A stretch of DNA of 64,000 bases from an uncultured Nitrososphaerota archaeon (GTDB taxonomy: Archaea > Thermoproteota > Methanomethylicia > Nezhaarchaeales > WYZ-LMO8). Both the position numbers and the translations under genes were made by a program. Shown here piece after piece: positions 20,727 through 30,896 of this stretch. Positions within the stretch are counted from its first letter, which is position 1. The number at the start of each line of letters is the position of its first letter. The notes below the pieces were generated by a model. It was not told where the DNA came from. It saw only the letters and a program-made list of their open reading frames with translations, and searched no databases. The DNA is taken from positions 844 through 64,843 of the forward strand of contig CAZLVJ010000002.1 of NCBI GenBank assembly GCA_964562935.1. Reading direction: 5' to 3'.

Positions 20727-21152
20727 ATGAGTGTAAGGTTCTTAGACCATCCATCCGACGTGTACGTCGAGGTTAGAGCTAAGAGCTTGGAAGAGGCCTT
20801 CGCTCTCAGTGGAATGGCAGTTTACGAGGTCATGACCGATGTGAGACGCGTTAAAAAAGAAGAGACGGTAGAGGTCACCGTTGAAGGATTCGACCTTTAC
20901 TCCTTGCTCTATAATTGGCTCGAGGAACTGATATACCTCTTTGACTCGAGGAGCTTCTTAGGCTCAGAAGTGAAGGTTGAAGAATTGGCCGAAGACAGCA
21001 ACGGCTTTAGACTCAAAGCAGTGATATTTGGCGAAAGGTACGACGCTGATCGGCACGAGTCAAAGACGGCCATAAAAGCCGCGACATACCACTTAATGGA
21101 GATAAAGAAGGAGAACGACGAATACATCATCAGGTTCGTCTTAGATATTTGA
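20727..21152 (+). CDS. Archease (tRNA ligase RtcB cofactor)
   Basis: MSVRFLDHPSDVYVEVRAKSLEEAF... and C-terminal KAATYHLMEIKKENDEYIIRFVLDI; start reset to the internal Met to clear the tRNA. Confidence 0.7.
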   Translation: MSVRFLDHPSDVYVEVRAKSLEEAFALSGMAVYEVMTDVRRVKKEETVEVTVEGFDLYSLLYNWLEELIYLFDSRSFLGSEVKVEELAEDSNGFRLKAVIFGERYDADRHESKTAIKAATYHLMEIKKENDEYIIRFVLDI

Positions 21153-21166
21153 CTTAATTGACCTTT

Positions 21167-21886
21167 TTAATTTGACTTGAGGTACTCTTCTCTTTTTCTC
21201 AAGAAAACGTCCATCTCGCCAAAAGGCTTGGCAGGGCTTCCTTTTACGGCGACGCCCTCAGGGACGTCCTTCGTCACTAGACTGCCGGCCGCGACGAATG
21301 AGTTGGGCCCTACCTTTACTCCCGCAATAATTATGGCGTTAGCAGCGATAATTGCTCCCTTACATATTCTCGTCGTGACGATTTTGCCACTAGGAGGGTA
21401 CTTGTCGTTCGTTATGACTACGCCAGGGCCTAAGAAGACGTCGTCCTCTATCACTGTGCGTCTGGGTATGAAGACGTTCGACTGGATGTTTACCCGAGAG
21501 CCTATACGAGTTTCACCTTCTATTATGGTGTAAGAGCCGATGCTTGAGTCGTCGCCTATCTCCGTTTCTTCACGAACAAGCACGTTGTGTCCAAGCTGAA
21601 CTCCATTACCTATCTTGACTCGCTCGTAAATGATGCAACCGCTACGTATGATGCAACCCTCTCCAATGATGCAACCCCCGCTCACTTCGTCGAAGGCATG
21701 GTCGAGGTCTTGGGGTCGTGCACCCTCCTCTAGGATTTTGACCAAGCTTCTGCGAGTAGGGTAGCCTAGTATCACCGTGTTATCGATTATAGTACCGCTA
21801 CCTATCACGGTCTTACCATAAATTCTAATTAAAGAGCCCAAAAAGGGCGTATTTATCAAAGCTTTGCGAGAAATGAAGCGCCACAA
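21167..21886 (-). CDS. Hexapeptide-repeat (left-handed beta-helix) acyl/acetyltransferase
   Basis: 239 aa with repeated [LIV]G-x4 hexapeptides. Confidence 0.6.
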   Translation of the reverse strand: MWRFISRKALINTPFLGSLIRIYGKTVIGSGTIIDNTVILGYPTRRSLVKILEEGARPQDLDHAFDEVSGGCIIGEGCIIRSGCIIYERVKIGNGVQLGHNVLVREETEIGDDSSIGSYTIIEGETRIGSRVNIQSNVFIPRRTVIEDDVFLGPGVVITNDKYPPSGKIVTTRICKGAIIAANAIIIAGVKVGPNSFVAAGSLVTKDVPEGVAVKGSPAKPFGEMDVFLRKREEYLKSN

Positions 21887-22018
21887 CGTTAATCACCTAA
21901 TCAAGGCCTCAGATCATGAATGGCCTTTCATTCCCCTCTTCAACACTCGGCAAGCTCTTCATCGGCCAGTTAAACTTGTGAGGGGGGACCTATAAATTCT
22001 TTGGAGGGGCGACTATGA

Positions 22019-22897
22019 TTGAAGATCGCAGTCGCGCTACCATCGACAACACTAGCTGAGGCAAATTCTCTACTTGAAAAGACGGTCAAGGTCGGATTCA
22101 TAGCCAGGGCCTTAGCTATATTTAAAGTTGAGCGATTGATCATATATCGCGACGAGACCGAAAGCATCGACGAAAGAGCCCTCTTGGGAAAGCTCTTCAG
22201 CTACTTAGCCTGCCCGCAGTACCTTAGAAGGAAGGTCTTTCCCCTCGACCCGGACTTAAGATACGTGGGCTTGCTACCACCTCTAAATACACCCAATCAT
22301 CCAACAGAAAAGAGCGTAAAAGACTTGCCTGAAGTCTGTTATCGAGAAGGACTTGTGATAGGCAAGAGAGGAGAAAGGTATTTGGCTGACGTGGGGATCG
22401 AGATTCCTTTAGCCTTTCAAAGCCCGAAAAAGCTGAAGAGAGGAGATAGGGTAATCTTGAGGATAGTCAAGAGGGGCTACCGAATCGCCGAGGTAAGGGA
22501 AATCGAGAGGTGTGAAGTGCCTCATTACTTCGGGTTCGTGGTCGATGTGACCGATCTAAATCTCAAAGGACTGATATCTTCATTTAAGAGAGATGCCTTA
22601 GTCATAGCGACTTCTAGGTACGGCAGAGAAGTTCACAAAGAATTACAAAATCTCTTAAAGCTAATGAGAGAGCACAGCAGTTTGCTCTTGATACTTGGCT
22701 CGCCCTTTAGGGGGCTTTACGAAATAGCAGAGAAGGAGGGATTTAATTTGGACGACGAAGTTCATGTGACTTTGAACTTCATACCGGGACAGGGGAGTAA
22801 GACCGTGAGGGTCGAAGAAGCATTGTATTCGACCCTCGCAATAATTAACTTCCTCTGCCACGAGATCGAAGAACATGATCCGTCTTTAAGGAAATAA
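22019..22897 (+). CDS. SPOUT-class methyltransferase, DUF171/COG2106-like (TTG start)
   Basis: 292 aa; IAVALPSTTL...VGFIARALAIFKVERLIIY resembles SPOUT1/DUF171 N-terminus. Confidence 0.45.
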   Translation: MKIAVALPSTTLAEANSLLEKTVKVGFIARALAIFKVERLIIYRDETESIDERALLGKLFSYLACPQYLRRKVFPLDPDLRYVGLLPPLNTPNHPTEKSVKDLPEVCYREGLVIGKRGERYLADVGIEIPLAFQSPKKLKRGDRVILRIVKRGYRIAEVREIERCEVPHYFGFVVDVTDLNLKGLISSFKRDALVIATSRYGREVHKELQNLLKLMREHSSLLLILGSPFRGLYEIAEKEGFNLDDEVHVTLNFIPGQGSKTVRVEEALYSTLAIINFLCHEIEEHDPSLRK

Positions 22898-22968
22898 AGA
22901 TTAAATAGGGGGCTGAGGGATTTTACTCTCCAACACCGTTGGGCTGTAAGGCTTAGAGGGATTAGGAA

Positions 22969-23982
22969 TTGGGGAGAAGCGTCCACCAGCCTCGCCGCGG
23001 ATCTCTAGGCTTCTATCCGCGAGTGAGAGCTCGAAGGATCGTCGCTAGGATAAGGAGTTGGCCGCACGTTGAAGTCGAGAAACCGCAATTACTGGGCTTT
23101 GCTGCGTACAAGGCGGGCATGACTCACGCTGTTATAATAGAAGACAAACCCACAAGCCCATTCTACGGTAGGGAGGTCGTGAGGGCCGTCACCATACTCG
23201 ATGCCCCACCTCTCTTTGTGTACGGAATCAGGCTTTATTCCTCAACGTCCTATGGGCTCAAGAGCATTTTTGAGATCCTATCCGATAACCTCCCAAAAGA
23301 CCTTGAAAGGAGGACCTCTCTCCCCAAGAATTACAATAAAGAAGAGAGAATAGCAAGAGCCCAGCAGTTGCTAAACAAGACGACAGAGATCAGGGTCCTT
23401 GCGTGTACTCAACCAAGGTTATCCGGGCTGAGGAAGAAGACCCCTGAACTCGTGGAGATAAAGGTCGCGGCTAAGAGCGTTGAAGAGGCATGGAAATACG
23501 CACTTTCAATACTCGGGAAAAAAGTGAAGGCCTCGGACGTATTTAAAGAAGGACAGTACGTGGACGTCATCAGCGTGACCAAGGGCAAGGGCTTTCAGGG
23601 CGTAGTGAAGAGGTATGGAGTGAAGATTATGCCTCGATGGCACAAGCACCGCAAAGGACATAGAAGGACTGGTACGGCAAGCCCCCAGAAGCCCGACATG
23701 ATGTATAGCATACCAAGGCCTGGACAACTAGGATTCCACCAACGAACGGAGTACAACAAGCGCATAATAAAGATGGGAGAAGATGGATTGAGCGTGACGG
23801 TCAAGGGGGGTTTTGTCGGCTACGGCATCGTCAGAGGACCTTACATAGTATTGCTGGGCTCAGTGCCAGGACCTAAAGGCAGGCTTGTGAGGTTGAGGTT
23901 TCCCATAAGGCCCCCCAAGAGTGCGCCCACCACGCCTCCAAAGATAGTTAGCATAAACATCGATTCTAAGCAAGGTGGTTAG
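22969..23982 (+). CDS. rpl3: 50S ribosomal protein L3
   Basis: 337 aa; FAAYKAGMTH typical uL3. Confidence 0.9.
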   Translation: MGRSVHQPRRGSLGFYPRVRARRIVARIRSWPHVEVEKPQLLGFAAYKAGMTHAVIIEDKPTSPFYGREVVRAVTILDAPPLFVYGIRLYSSTSYGLKSIFEILSDNLPKDLERRTSLPKNYNKEERIARAQQLLNKTTEIRVLACTQPRLSGLRKKTPELVEIKVAAKSVEEAWKYALSILGKKVKASDVFKEGQYVDVISVTKGKGFQGVVKRYGVKIMPRWHKHRKGHRRTGTASPQKPDMMYSIPRPGQLGFHQRTEYNKRIIKMGEDGLSVTVKGGFVGYGIVRGPYIVLLGSVPGPKGRLVRLRFPIRPPKSAPTTPPKIVSINIDSKQGG

Positions 23983-23984
23983 CA

Positions 23985-24785
23985 GTGCAAGGCTCAGTCA
24001 AAGTAGCTACAGTTTACGACCTTGAAGGAAGGGAAGCAGGGAAGATAGAGCTACCTGAGGTCTTTAGCTACGAGGTCAGGGAAGACGTGATAAAACGAGC
24101 TTACTTAGCAGCACTTACGGCAAGAATACAGCCCCAAGGCAGGGACCCCATGGCTGGTAAGAGGACTACTGCTGAAAGTTGGGGAGTGGGTTACGGCATT
24201 GCTAGGGTTCCAAGGGTCAAGGGGGAAAGGCATCCGCGCGCAACGAGCGCCGCCTTCGTGACCATGGCCGTTGGAGGTAGGAGGGCTCACACACCAACAG
24301 TCGAAAAGAGGATACGTGAGAGGATAAACAAGAAGGAGAGGCGACTTGCTATCAAATCTGCCATAGCTGCAACAGCTATCAAAGAGTTGGTGGAAAGAAG
24401 GGGTCATGTACTTCCGCCAAAAATTTCCCTACCAGTAATAGTAAAGGCGGAGATCGAGGAGATCGAGACGACGAAGCAAGCCAAAGAGTTCTTAGCGAAA
24501 ATGGGGCTGTGGAGCGACGTGGAGAGAGTTCGCAAAAAGATCAAGATAAGAGCGGGCAAGGGTAAGATGAGAGGGAGGAGGTACAAGGAGGGCAAAAGCT
24601 TACTCATAGTCTTCTCCGGAAAATGTAAAGCTGTGAAGGCCTTCAGAAACCTTCCAGGAGTCACGGTCGCTTACGTCAAAAACCTGTCGGTCCTGCACTT
24701 AGCCCCAGGAGGGGTTCCGGGGCGCTTGACTTTGTGGAGCGAAATTGCCATAAAAATGCTGGCTGAAAGAGGGTGTGGAAAGTGA
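23985..24785 (+). CDS. rpl4: 50S ribosomal protein L4
   Basis: 266 aa; conserved order after L3. Confidence 0.85.
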   Translation: MQGSVKVATVYDLEGREAGKIELPEVFSYEVREDVIKRAYLAALTARIQPQGRDPMAGKRTTAESWGVGYGIARVPRVKGERHPRATSAAFVTMAVGGRRAHTPTVEKRIRERINKKERRLAIKSAIAATAIKELVERRGHVLPPKISLPVIVKAEIEEIETTKQAKEFLAKMGLWSDVERVRKKIKIRAGKGKMRGRRYKEGKSLLIVFSGKCKAVKAFRNLPGVTVAYVKNLSVLHLAPGGVPGRLTLWSEIAIKMLAERGCGK

Positions 24786-25072
24786 GTGATGAAAGAGGCG
24801 GCAGGAAGACTTTAGAGTACTACGACGTCATCTTGAGGCCTGTTGTCTCAGAAAAGGCCTTGTCGTTGATTGAAAAGAACAACACTCTGACGTTCATCGT
24901 TGGCCTGGGGGTCAACAAGCTCCGCATAAAGGAGGCCGTCGAAAAGCTTTTTGACGTTAAGGTCGAAAAAGTCAACACTCTTATAACCCCAAAAGGAGAG
25001 AAGAAGGCTTTCGTTAAGTTAAAACCAGGGCACAAAGCCTCAGACGTGGCGGTTAAGTTAGGTATTTTGTGA
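24773..25072 (+). CDS. rpl23: 50S ribosomal protein L23
   Basis: 99 aa; [13 protein letters not shown] uL23 motif. Confidence 0.85.
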   Translation: MWKVSDERGGRKTLEYYDVILRPVVSEKALSLIEKNNTLTFIVGLGVNKLRIKEAVEKLFDVKVEKVNTLITPKGEKKAFVKLKPGHKASDVAVKLGIL

Positions 25073-25082
25073 GGTAGTTACT

Positions 25083-25802
25083 ATGGGCAAGCGAATATTG
25101 GCTCAACGCAAAGGTCGCGGGGGCTCCGTCTTCAGATCTCCAAGGTGGTTGCACAAAGGGCCAGCTAAGTATCCTAACCTAAGCAAGAGGGAGTGCGAGG
25201 GCGTTATCGAAGGGAAAGTAGAGGCGATAATTCATGACCCGGGCAGAGGAGCCCCGCTAGCATTAATCAGACTGCCAGACGGAACGAGGTTCTTTAACGT
25301 CGCCGCTGAGGGGATTAGAGTAGGACAGAAGATACAGATAGGAGATAAGGCAGAGGTGGCCCCAGGCAACATCCTGCCTCTGAGGAGCATACCCGATGGA
25401 ACCAAGGTCTTTAACGTAGAGCTCACGTATGGTGATGGTGGGCGCTTAGTTAGAGGATCGGGGTGTTACGCCATAGTGTTGAGCCATTCGGCTGAGGGCG
25501 TATACATTAGCTTGCCCTCAGGAAAGGCCAAGTTAGTTAGCGGCTTAGCAAGAGCGACTATAGGCGTCGTAGCTGGCGGGGGTAGAATAGAGAAGCCCTT
25601 CGTGAAAGCTGGCGCCAAGTACCACTTGTCAAAAGTTAAGGCGTGGAAATATCCTGAAGTTCGCGGTAAGGCGATGGGCGCTTATGCTCATCCACACGGT
25701 GGAGGGGCGCATCCAAAGGGCAGTCCACCAGTAAGTCATGGAACGCCTCCAGGAGCAAAAGTGGGGCACATATCAAGCAAGAGGACCGGTAAGAGAGAGT
25801 GA
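25083..25802 (+). CDS. rpl2: 50S ribosomal protein L2
   Basis: 239 aa; GKRILAQRKGRGG N-terminus, C-terminal HPHGGG. Confidence 0.9.
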   Translation: MGKRILAQRKGRGGSVFRSPRWLHKGPAKYPNLSKRECEGVIEGKVEAIIHDPGRGAPLALIRLPDGTRFFNVAAEGIRVGQKIQIGDKAEVAPGNILPLRSIPDGTKVFNVELTYGDGGRLVRGSGCYAIVLSHSAEGVYISLPSGKAKLVSGLARATIGVVAGGGRIEKPFVKAGAKYHLSKVKAWKYPEVRGKAMGAYAHPHGGGAHPKGSPPVSHGTPPGAKVGHISSKRTGKRE

Positions 25803-25863
25803 AGGGGTCGAGAGAGTCTCATTGCCTTCCGGCCTTTAGGCACTAGACGCAACCACGCCTCCC

Positions 25864-26256
25864 TTATTTCAGAGGTACGTACATCGAGCTTCGTGTCGCT
25901 CTTAGACCGGGCTCTCCGTGCTCTACTTTCTTGCACGTAGGGGCGAATTCGCCTAAATAGTGCCCTACCATCTCCTCAGTTATCGTGACAGGGATGAACT
26001 CTTTACCGTTATAAACGTGAACAGTTGCGCCAACCATTTCTGGCAGTATTATCATATCCCTAATGTGCGTCCTGACGATTGACCTCTTGTTGTTTTTGAG
26101 CTCTCTTATCTTCTCAAGAAGTTTCCTCTTCTCCTCGCTCAGACCTCTTAAAAGGGACCTCCTTTGCCTCGCTGGGAGCAACTTTATGAACTCGTCCATG
26201 GGCATTTCTAACAACTGGTCCAAGGTGTAACCCCTATACGTAAACCTACTCGACAT
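25864..26256 (-). CDS. rps19: 30S ribosomal protein S19 (uS19), inverted relative to flanking r-protein genes
   Basis: Minus-strand translation [10 protein letters not shown]...[26 protein letters not shown]...[11 protein letters not shown]; stop codon confirmed by direct read of the DNA. Confidence 0.85.
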   Translation of the reverse strand: MSSRFTYRGYTLDQLLEMPMDEFIKLLPARQRRSLLRGLSEEKRKLLEKIRELKNNKRSIVRTHIRDMIILPEMVGATVHVYNGKEFIPVTITEEMVGHYLGEFAPTCKKVEHGEPGLRATRSSMYVPLK

Positions 26257-26371
26257 GTGAGCTCTCGCTCCTTCTTGGATCTCCCTAGTTATAAGAATTA
26301 CCTCTAGCGGAAACCTAATAGGCAAGAGCTCTCACTTTCCCAGCGCTAACAGTGCTAAGGAAGGTAACCCT

Positions 26372-26833
26372 ATGCCAGAATTCGGTTACTCTCTTCAGAA
26401 CTACGAGCCTGAAAAAATGGCTATAGCTAGTGGAAGAGATCTAAGGATAAGTTGGAAAAAGGCTGTAGAGGTTTGTCGGTTCATAAAGGGCAGAAAACTC
26501 AGCGAGGCCAGAGAGCTACTGGAGAAAGTTTTGAAGAGAGAAGTTATGGTCCCCTTTACTACCTTTAATAGGAAGCGCGCACACCACGGTAGCGTAAATA
26601 AGTATCCGAGCGGCGGTTATCCCGTGAGGGTTGTGAAAGAAATGTTGAAGATCCTGAAGAACGTAGAGGCCAATGCCGAGAACAAAGGCCTTGACGTCGA
26701 GAAGCTAGTCATAGTACATGCCGCCGCCCACAAAGGGCCCGTGGTTAGGAAGTATATACGGAGGGCATTCGGCAGAGCTACCCCATTCTTTCAGCAGTTA
26801 GTTCATGTAGAAGTAGCTGTCAAAGAGGTTTAG
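26372..26833 (+). CDS. rpl22: 50S ribosomal protein L22
   Basis: 153 aa; conserved position and sequence. Confidence 0.85.
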   Translation: MPEFGYSLQNYEPEKMAIASGRDLRISWKKAVEVCRFIKGRKLSEARELLEKVLKREVMVPFTTFNRKRAHHGSVNKYPSGGYPVRVVKEMLKILKNVEANAENKGLDVEKLVIVHAAAHKGPVVRKYIRRAFGRATPFFQQLVHVEVAVKEV

Positions 26834-26859
26834 AAAATCGTGTAGCGGAGGGGGACCCC

Positions 26860-27504
26860 ATGCCGGATATCGAAAAAAGCTTCGTTGTTAAGGCGTTGAA
26901 GAGGCTCGATGTGGACTCTTTTTTAGAGCGTGAATTGGAGAGGGCCGGTTACGTTAAAGTGGACTTACAGAAGACCCCTCTCGGCACAAACGTGACCATT
27001 TACGCTGAGAGGCCAGGAATGGTCATAGGAAGGCACGGCTCTACGGTTCACGAATTGACACAAAAGCTCGAGAAAGTGTTTGGAGTCGAAAGACCTCAAA
27101 TAGCAGTGGCACCAGTTGAAGTCCCAGAACTCAACGCCAAGATAATGGCTCAAAGAATTAAGAACGCTCTTGAAAGGGGTATACACTTCCGAAGAGCGGC
27201 CTACATAGCTTTAAATCAGATAATGGAGGCAGGTGCCCTCGGCGCTGAGATAAGGATCAAGGGGAAGCTCAGGACTGAGCGGGCTAGGTACGAGAAGCTT
27301 CAGTCCGGAATAGTCTTGAAGGCTGGCCAGCTATCACAAGAGCACGTGGACGTAGCTGTCGAGCATGCGCTTTTAAAGCAGGGCAAGATAGGCATAAAGG
27401 TTAAGATAGTCCTACCTTCGGCTGTTAAAGCCATGGAGGAACTAGACAAGGGTAAAGTCTTCGTGAAGGAGGAGGGAGAAAGCGGTGGCGATACTCAAAG
27501 TTAA
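26860..27504 (+). CDS. rps3: 30S ribosomal protein S3
   Basis: 214 aa; KH domain, GIKVKIVLP. Confidence 0.85.
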   Translation: MPDIEKSFVVKALKRLDVDSFLERELERAGYVKVDLQKTPLGTNVTIYAERPGMVIGRHGSTVHELTQKLEKVFGVERPQIAVAPVEVPELNAKIMAQRIKNALERGIHFRRAAYIALNQIMEAGALGAEIRIKGKLRTERARYEKLQSGIVLKAGQLSQEHVDVAVEHALLKQGKIGIKVKIVLPSAVKAMEELDKGKVFVKEEGESGGDTQS

Positions 27505-27700
27505 GGATATAAGGAATATGTCGAGTGAGGAGAGGCTCGCCAAGCTTAGAGAGCTAAAAGCAGAGCTCATGAGGCTCAGAGCTCAGCAAGCCTCAGGGGC
27601 TCCGCTCGAAAACCCTGGCAAAATAAGGGTTATAAAAAAGACCATAGCTAGGATATTGACGGTCATCAATGAAGAGAGGAAAAGAACTAAACGTGCTTAA
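27485..27700 (+). CDS. rpl29: 50S ribosomal protein L29
   Basis: 71 aa; LRELKAELMRLRAQ coiled coil. Confidence 0.8.
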   Translation: MAILKVKDIRNMSSEERLAKLRELKAELMRLRAQQASGAPLENPGKIRVIKKTIARILTVINEERKRTKRA

Positions 27701-28805
27701 ACCTATCCTTGAGCTTCTCCAATATCTTCGGCAACGTAGTGTACTCTAGTTCTTCGGGTCCGACTCTTGCCGGCATGAATTCTCCCATCCTCCTCATGTA
27801 GTCGGCTATCTGCATCGCAATAGTCCTTGCCACGTCGAAGGCTGGGTCATCGAATAGGTCGGCAGGCTCAGAGCCCGTTAGGCCTATTAGTTCACCGTTT
27901 GCCAGTTGGAAGCCGAGAGCTACAACTCGAGGCGGGCCGTCGAAGAACGTACAACGTGCATGCTCCAGGCTCACTGGCATCAACGGGCCGTAGTGCGAAC
28001 CCCTCATCCAGCCTGCCACTAAGTGAGGGTACGCAAACGGTGCCAGTATCTCTCCGACGGCTGGGAAGCCGTGCTGAGCCCTGACTATTAAGGCCGGATC
28101 GTCCTTGCCCACGTATTTGCCAGCTATCAAGCTGAGCCTCGTCGTGGTAGCCACGGCGGCGACCTCCCTATCCACCTTCCTTAAAACCCTCTCGACTACG
28201 TACCTCCCGGTCGTGCCTAAAAGCGCCACTAAGCTGTAGAGCTCTTCGGGACAGCTGAGGTCAACGACCTTTCCCTCTACGACGTCCATGACCCTGAATA
28301 TGAAACCCTCGTGCATGCTAGGGTCTATCACTAGGCCAGCGGTATTGTCGGGCGATGCGAAGATCTTATAGAGGGGGTAGTTCCACGCTCCGGGCTCGGT
28401 CTTATCGGCTGCGAACACTACTATCGGCTCGCTGGGCCTCTCGGTTATCTCCATTTCGGCGACCCCAGGCCCCATTCCCTTCACGTTGCCTGAGAAAGTG
28501 TCTGAGAGAAGATCCTGTCCAGCCGCGTAGAGCTTTAAAGGCTTTGAGACTTTCTCGGTAACCTCCTTAAAGGTATTCCAAGCCAAGCCGTGGATCTCCG
28601 AATTACCCTCTCCTTTAGTGTGGGTCATTAGCAATTCTAGGTCGTCGCCACAATTGAAGACATAGTAGTCTATGATGAGTCCGTTTTTCTTAGCCTCTTC
28701 AAGTCGTTTGCGAGCCACTTCAAGTTGCTTGGGATGAACGACGTGGTGACCACAAAGGGAGCCCACGTCGGCTTTTATCAAGCTAATAGTGACTTTTTGC
28801 GGCAT
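27687..28805 (-). CDS. fbp: Fructose-1,6-bisphosphate aldolase/phosphatase (class V FBPase)
   Basis: 372 aa; KVTISLIKADVGSLCGHH N-terminus diagnostic of archaeal FBP aldolase/phosphatase. Confidence 0.85.
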   Translation of the reverse strand: MPQKVTISLIKADVGSLCGHHVVHPKQLEVARKRLEEAKKNGLIIDYYVFNCGDDLELLMTHTKGEGNSEIHGLAWNTFKEVTEKVSKPLKLYAAGQDLLSDTFSGNVKGMGPGVAEMEITERPSEPIVVFAADKTEPGAWNYPLYKIFASPDNTAGLVIDPSMHEGFIFRVMDVVEGKVVDLSCPEELYSLVALLGTTGRYVVERVLRKVDREVAAVATTTRLSLIAGKYVGKDDPALIVRAQHGFPAVGEILAPFAYPHLVAGWMRGSHYGPLMPVSLEHARCTFFDGPPRVVALGFQLANGELIGLTGSEPADLFDDPAFDVARTIAMQIADYMRRMGEFMPARVGPEELEYTTLPKILEKLKDRFKHV

Positions 28806-28872
28806 GAATGGTCACCCAGCATAAAAGCTGTGAAATGACGATATAAACCTTAGCCCACGATGGTTTGCTTCG

Positions 28873-30678
28873 TCACTCCTCTCTTTCTTCTACCTCCTCC
28901 CTTTCAGGTATGTAATAGTACTCCCCCATGCCCTTCTGCTTTCTGTGAAGGTAAGAGTCCGGCTTGTTTATTCTAACCCTCCCGCTGTGAAGGTCCCTCC
29001 TAAAGGTGACGTCGACTTCCTTTAAGAAGGCGTTAAAGCCGCTTCTCAAGTCCATGGGGCTTGACGCGATGCCATAGACCCCAGGCTTACCGCTAAAGAC
29101 CATTATCGAGTCGGCGACGGCATCCATTACGACGACGTCGTGCTCAACGACGAAGGCTGCAGCCTTTCTCTCATCAACTATTTTTCTAACGAGCTTCGCC
29201 ATTATTAGTCGTTGCTCGACGTCTAAGTAAGCCGAAGGCTCGTCTAACAGGTAAATGTCGGCTTCCCTGGCCAGCGCACATGCTATGCTAACTCGCTGAA
29301 GCTCTCCACCGCTAAGAGATGAAAGTTTGCGATCAAAAAGGCGCTCGAGCATAAACGGTTGACATATCTCACTCTTGAACCATGAAGAAGATAGCACGCT
29401 TCCTACGTTTCTTAACAAGTAATCATAAACTGTTTCGTCGCTTTCAGGTGTAAGGTATTGCGGTTTGTAGCTTAGCTTCATATCGCTCTTTCCATCTTTT
29501 GATGCGCGCTCTATGAGGGACTTCACGAACGTGGTCTTACCAATTCCGTTAGGGCCCAATATGCCGATTACCTCTCCTTCATGTATAAGTCCTTGGTTCA
29601 CGGTGAGCTCGAATACCCCTCCTACCTTAACCTTGAAAGAGGGCCATGAGAAAAGCTCGTTAACGGCTAGAGACTCCCGGGGCCTAGGTCTTAGCCTAAA
29701 CCTTATCGGCTCACTCCTGAACCTCACGTTCTCGCCGGGTATGTAGCCGTCGAGGTATATGTTTATGCCCACTCGAACCCCGTACGGTTGTGAGGCGATG
29801 CCATATGCCCCTGGCTTACCGTACATGATGCACACCTTGTCCGATACGTAGTCGAGGATGGCGAGGTCGTGCTCAGCGACTATAACGGCCTTTCCCTCTC
29901 GCGAGAGCGACCTTATGACCTTGGAGGCCTTGAGCCTCTGCATCACGTCGAGGTAGCTTGCTGGCTCGTCAAATATGTACACGTCGGCTTCTCGACTGCA
30001 AGCGACTGCTATGGCCAGCCTCTGCAACTCCCCGCCACATAAAGCTGAGATTTCCCTGTTAGTTATGTCAATTAAGTCGAGCTCCCTCGCTAAATCCCTC
30101 CACAGGCCTCTCTCGTCGACTTTGATAAGGAGGTCTTTGACGGTGCCTTTAACATACTTGGGTATTAAGTCAACATACTGTATTTTATGAACAGCGCGTA
30201 ATCTCCCAGAGTACAGGTCTCGAAAGTAGGGCTGAAGCTCTGTGCCAGCGAAAAAGCGCACGACGTCGTCTTTTGTCGGTCGGAGCTCTACGTTTCCGAG
30301 GTTTGGTATGAGGTCGCCAGCTAAAATGCGAAGTATCGTGGTTTTTCCTGTGCCATTGGGGCCTATTAAGCCCAATACCTGGCCCCTTCTAGGCGGAGGG
30401 AGCCTGTAAAGCCTAAAGCCATTAGCTCCGTATTGATGGACGCATTCGCGCTCTATCTCCTCTGGCAGGTTAACTATGGTTATAGCCGAGAAGGGGCACT
30501 TCTTGACGCAAATGCCGCAGCCCACACAAAGGTTCTCCTTTATCATCGGCCTCTGAAGCTCTTCGTTGATCTCAATTACCATTACCTTATTTCTGACGAG
30601 CGGGCAAAAGCGGAGGCACTCCCTATAACACTCCTTCGGCTTACAGAGGTCTCTATCTATAACAGCTATCCGGGGCAT
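28873..30678 (-). CDS. abcE1: Ribosome recycling ATPase ABCE1 (RLI)
   Basis: 601 aa; N-terminal 2x[4Fe-4S] (CVGCGICVKKCP), twin ABC cassettes with Walker A GPNGTGKTT / GPNGIGKTT and LSGGELQR signatures. Confidence 0.9.
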   Translation of the reverse strand: MPRIAVIDRDLCKPKECYRECLRFCPLVRNKVMVIEINEELQRPMIKENLCVGCGICVKKCPFSAITIVNLPEEIERECVHQYGANGFRLYRLPPPRRGQVLGLIGPNGTGKTTILRILAGDLIPNLGNVELRPTKDDVVRFFAGTELQPYFRDLYSGRLRAVHKIQYVDLIPKYVKGTVKDLLIKVDERGLWRDLARELDLIDITNREISALCGGELQRLAIAVACSREADVYIFDEPASYLDVMQRLKASKVIRSLSREGKAVIVAEHDLAILDYVSDKVCIMYGKPGAYGIASQPYGVRVGINIYLDGYIPGENVRFRSEPIRFRLRPRPRESLAVNELFSWPSFKVKVGGVFELTVNQGLIHEGEVIGILGPNGIGKTTFVKSLIERASKDGKSDMKLSYKPQYLTPESDETVYDYLLRNVGSVLSSSWFKSEICQPFMLERLFDRKLSSLSGGELQRVSIACALAREADIYLLDEPSAYLDVEQRLIMAKLVRKIVDERKAAAFVVEHDVVVMDAVADSIMVFSGKPGVYGIASSPMDLRSGFNAFLKEVDVTFRRDLHSGRVRINKPDSYLHRKQKGMGEYYYIPEREEVEEREE

Positions 30679-30896
30679 GAGGTCTCCACCTTGGGGCTAG
30701 ACCCATTTAGTAAGATCGAGCTACGCAATGCCTTGACGCATCAGCGTTCACTCACTTCGTCGTTAGCTTACAATACACTGCGTTCTATAAGCCTTTTATC
30801 CCACATAATTAATGATGGCATTTCTTAATAGCTGGGCAGGTCAAAAGTCGTAGTCATCGGGCCTTGGAACTTAAATCAAAAATGAATTGAGGGTCA

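Noticed and set aside
25809-26337. Inverted repeats flanking inverted rps19 (ggcaatgagactctc versus ggcaagagctctc)
   Set aside because: The match is imperfect with indels and not convincing as recombination footprints. It is mentioned only as a weak similarity.
30433-30828. 131-aa plus-strand ORF
   Set aside because: It is antisense to the abcE1 5' end and promoter, so it is most likely spurious.
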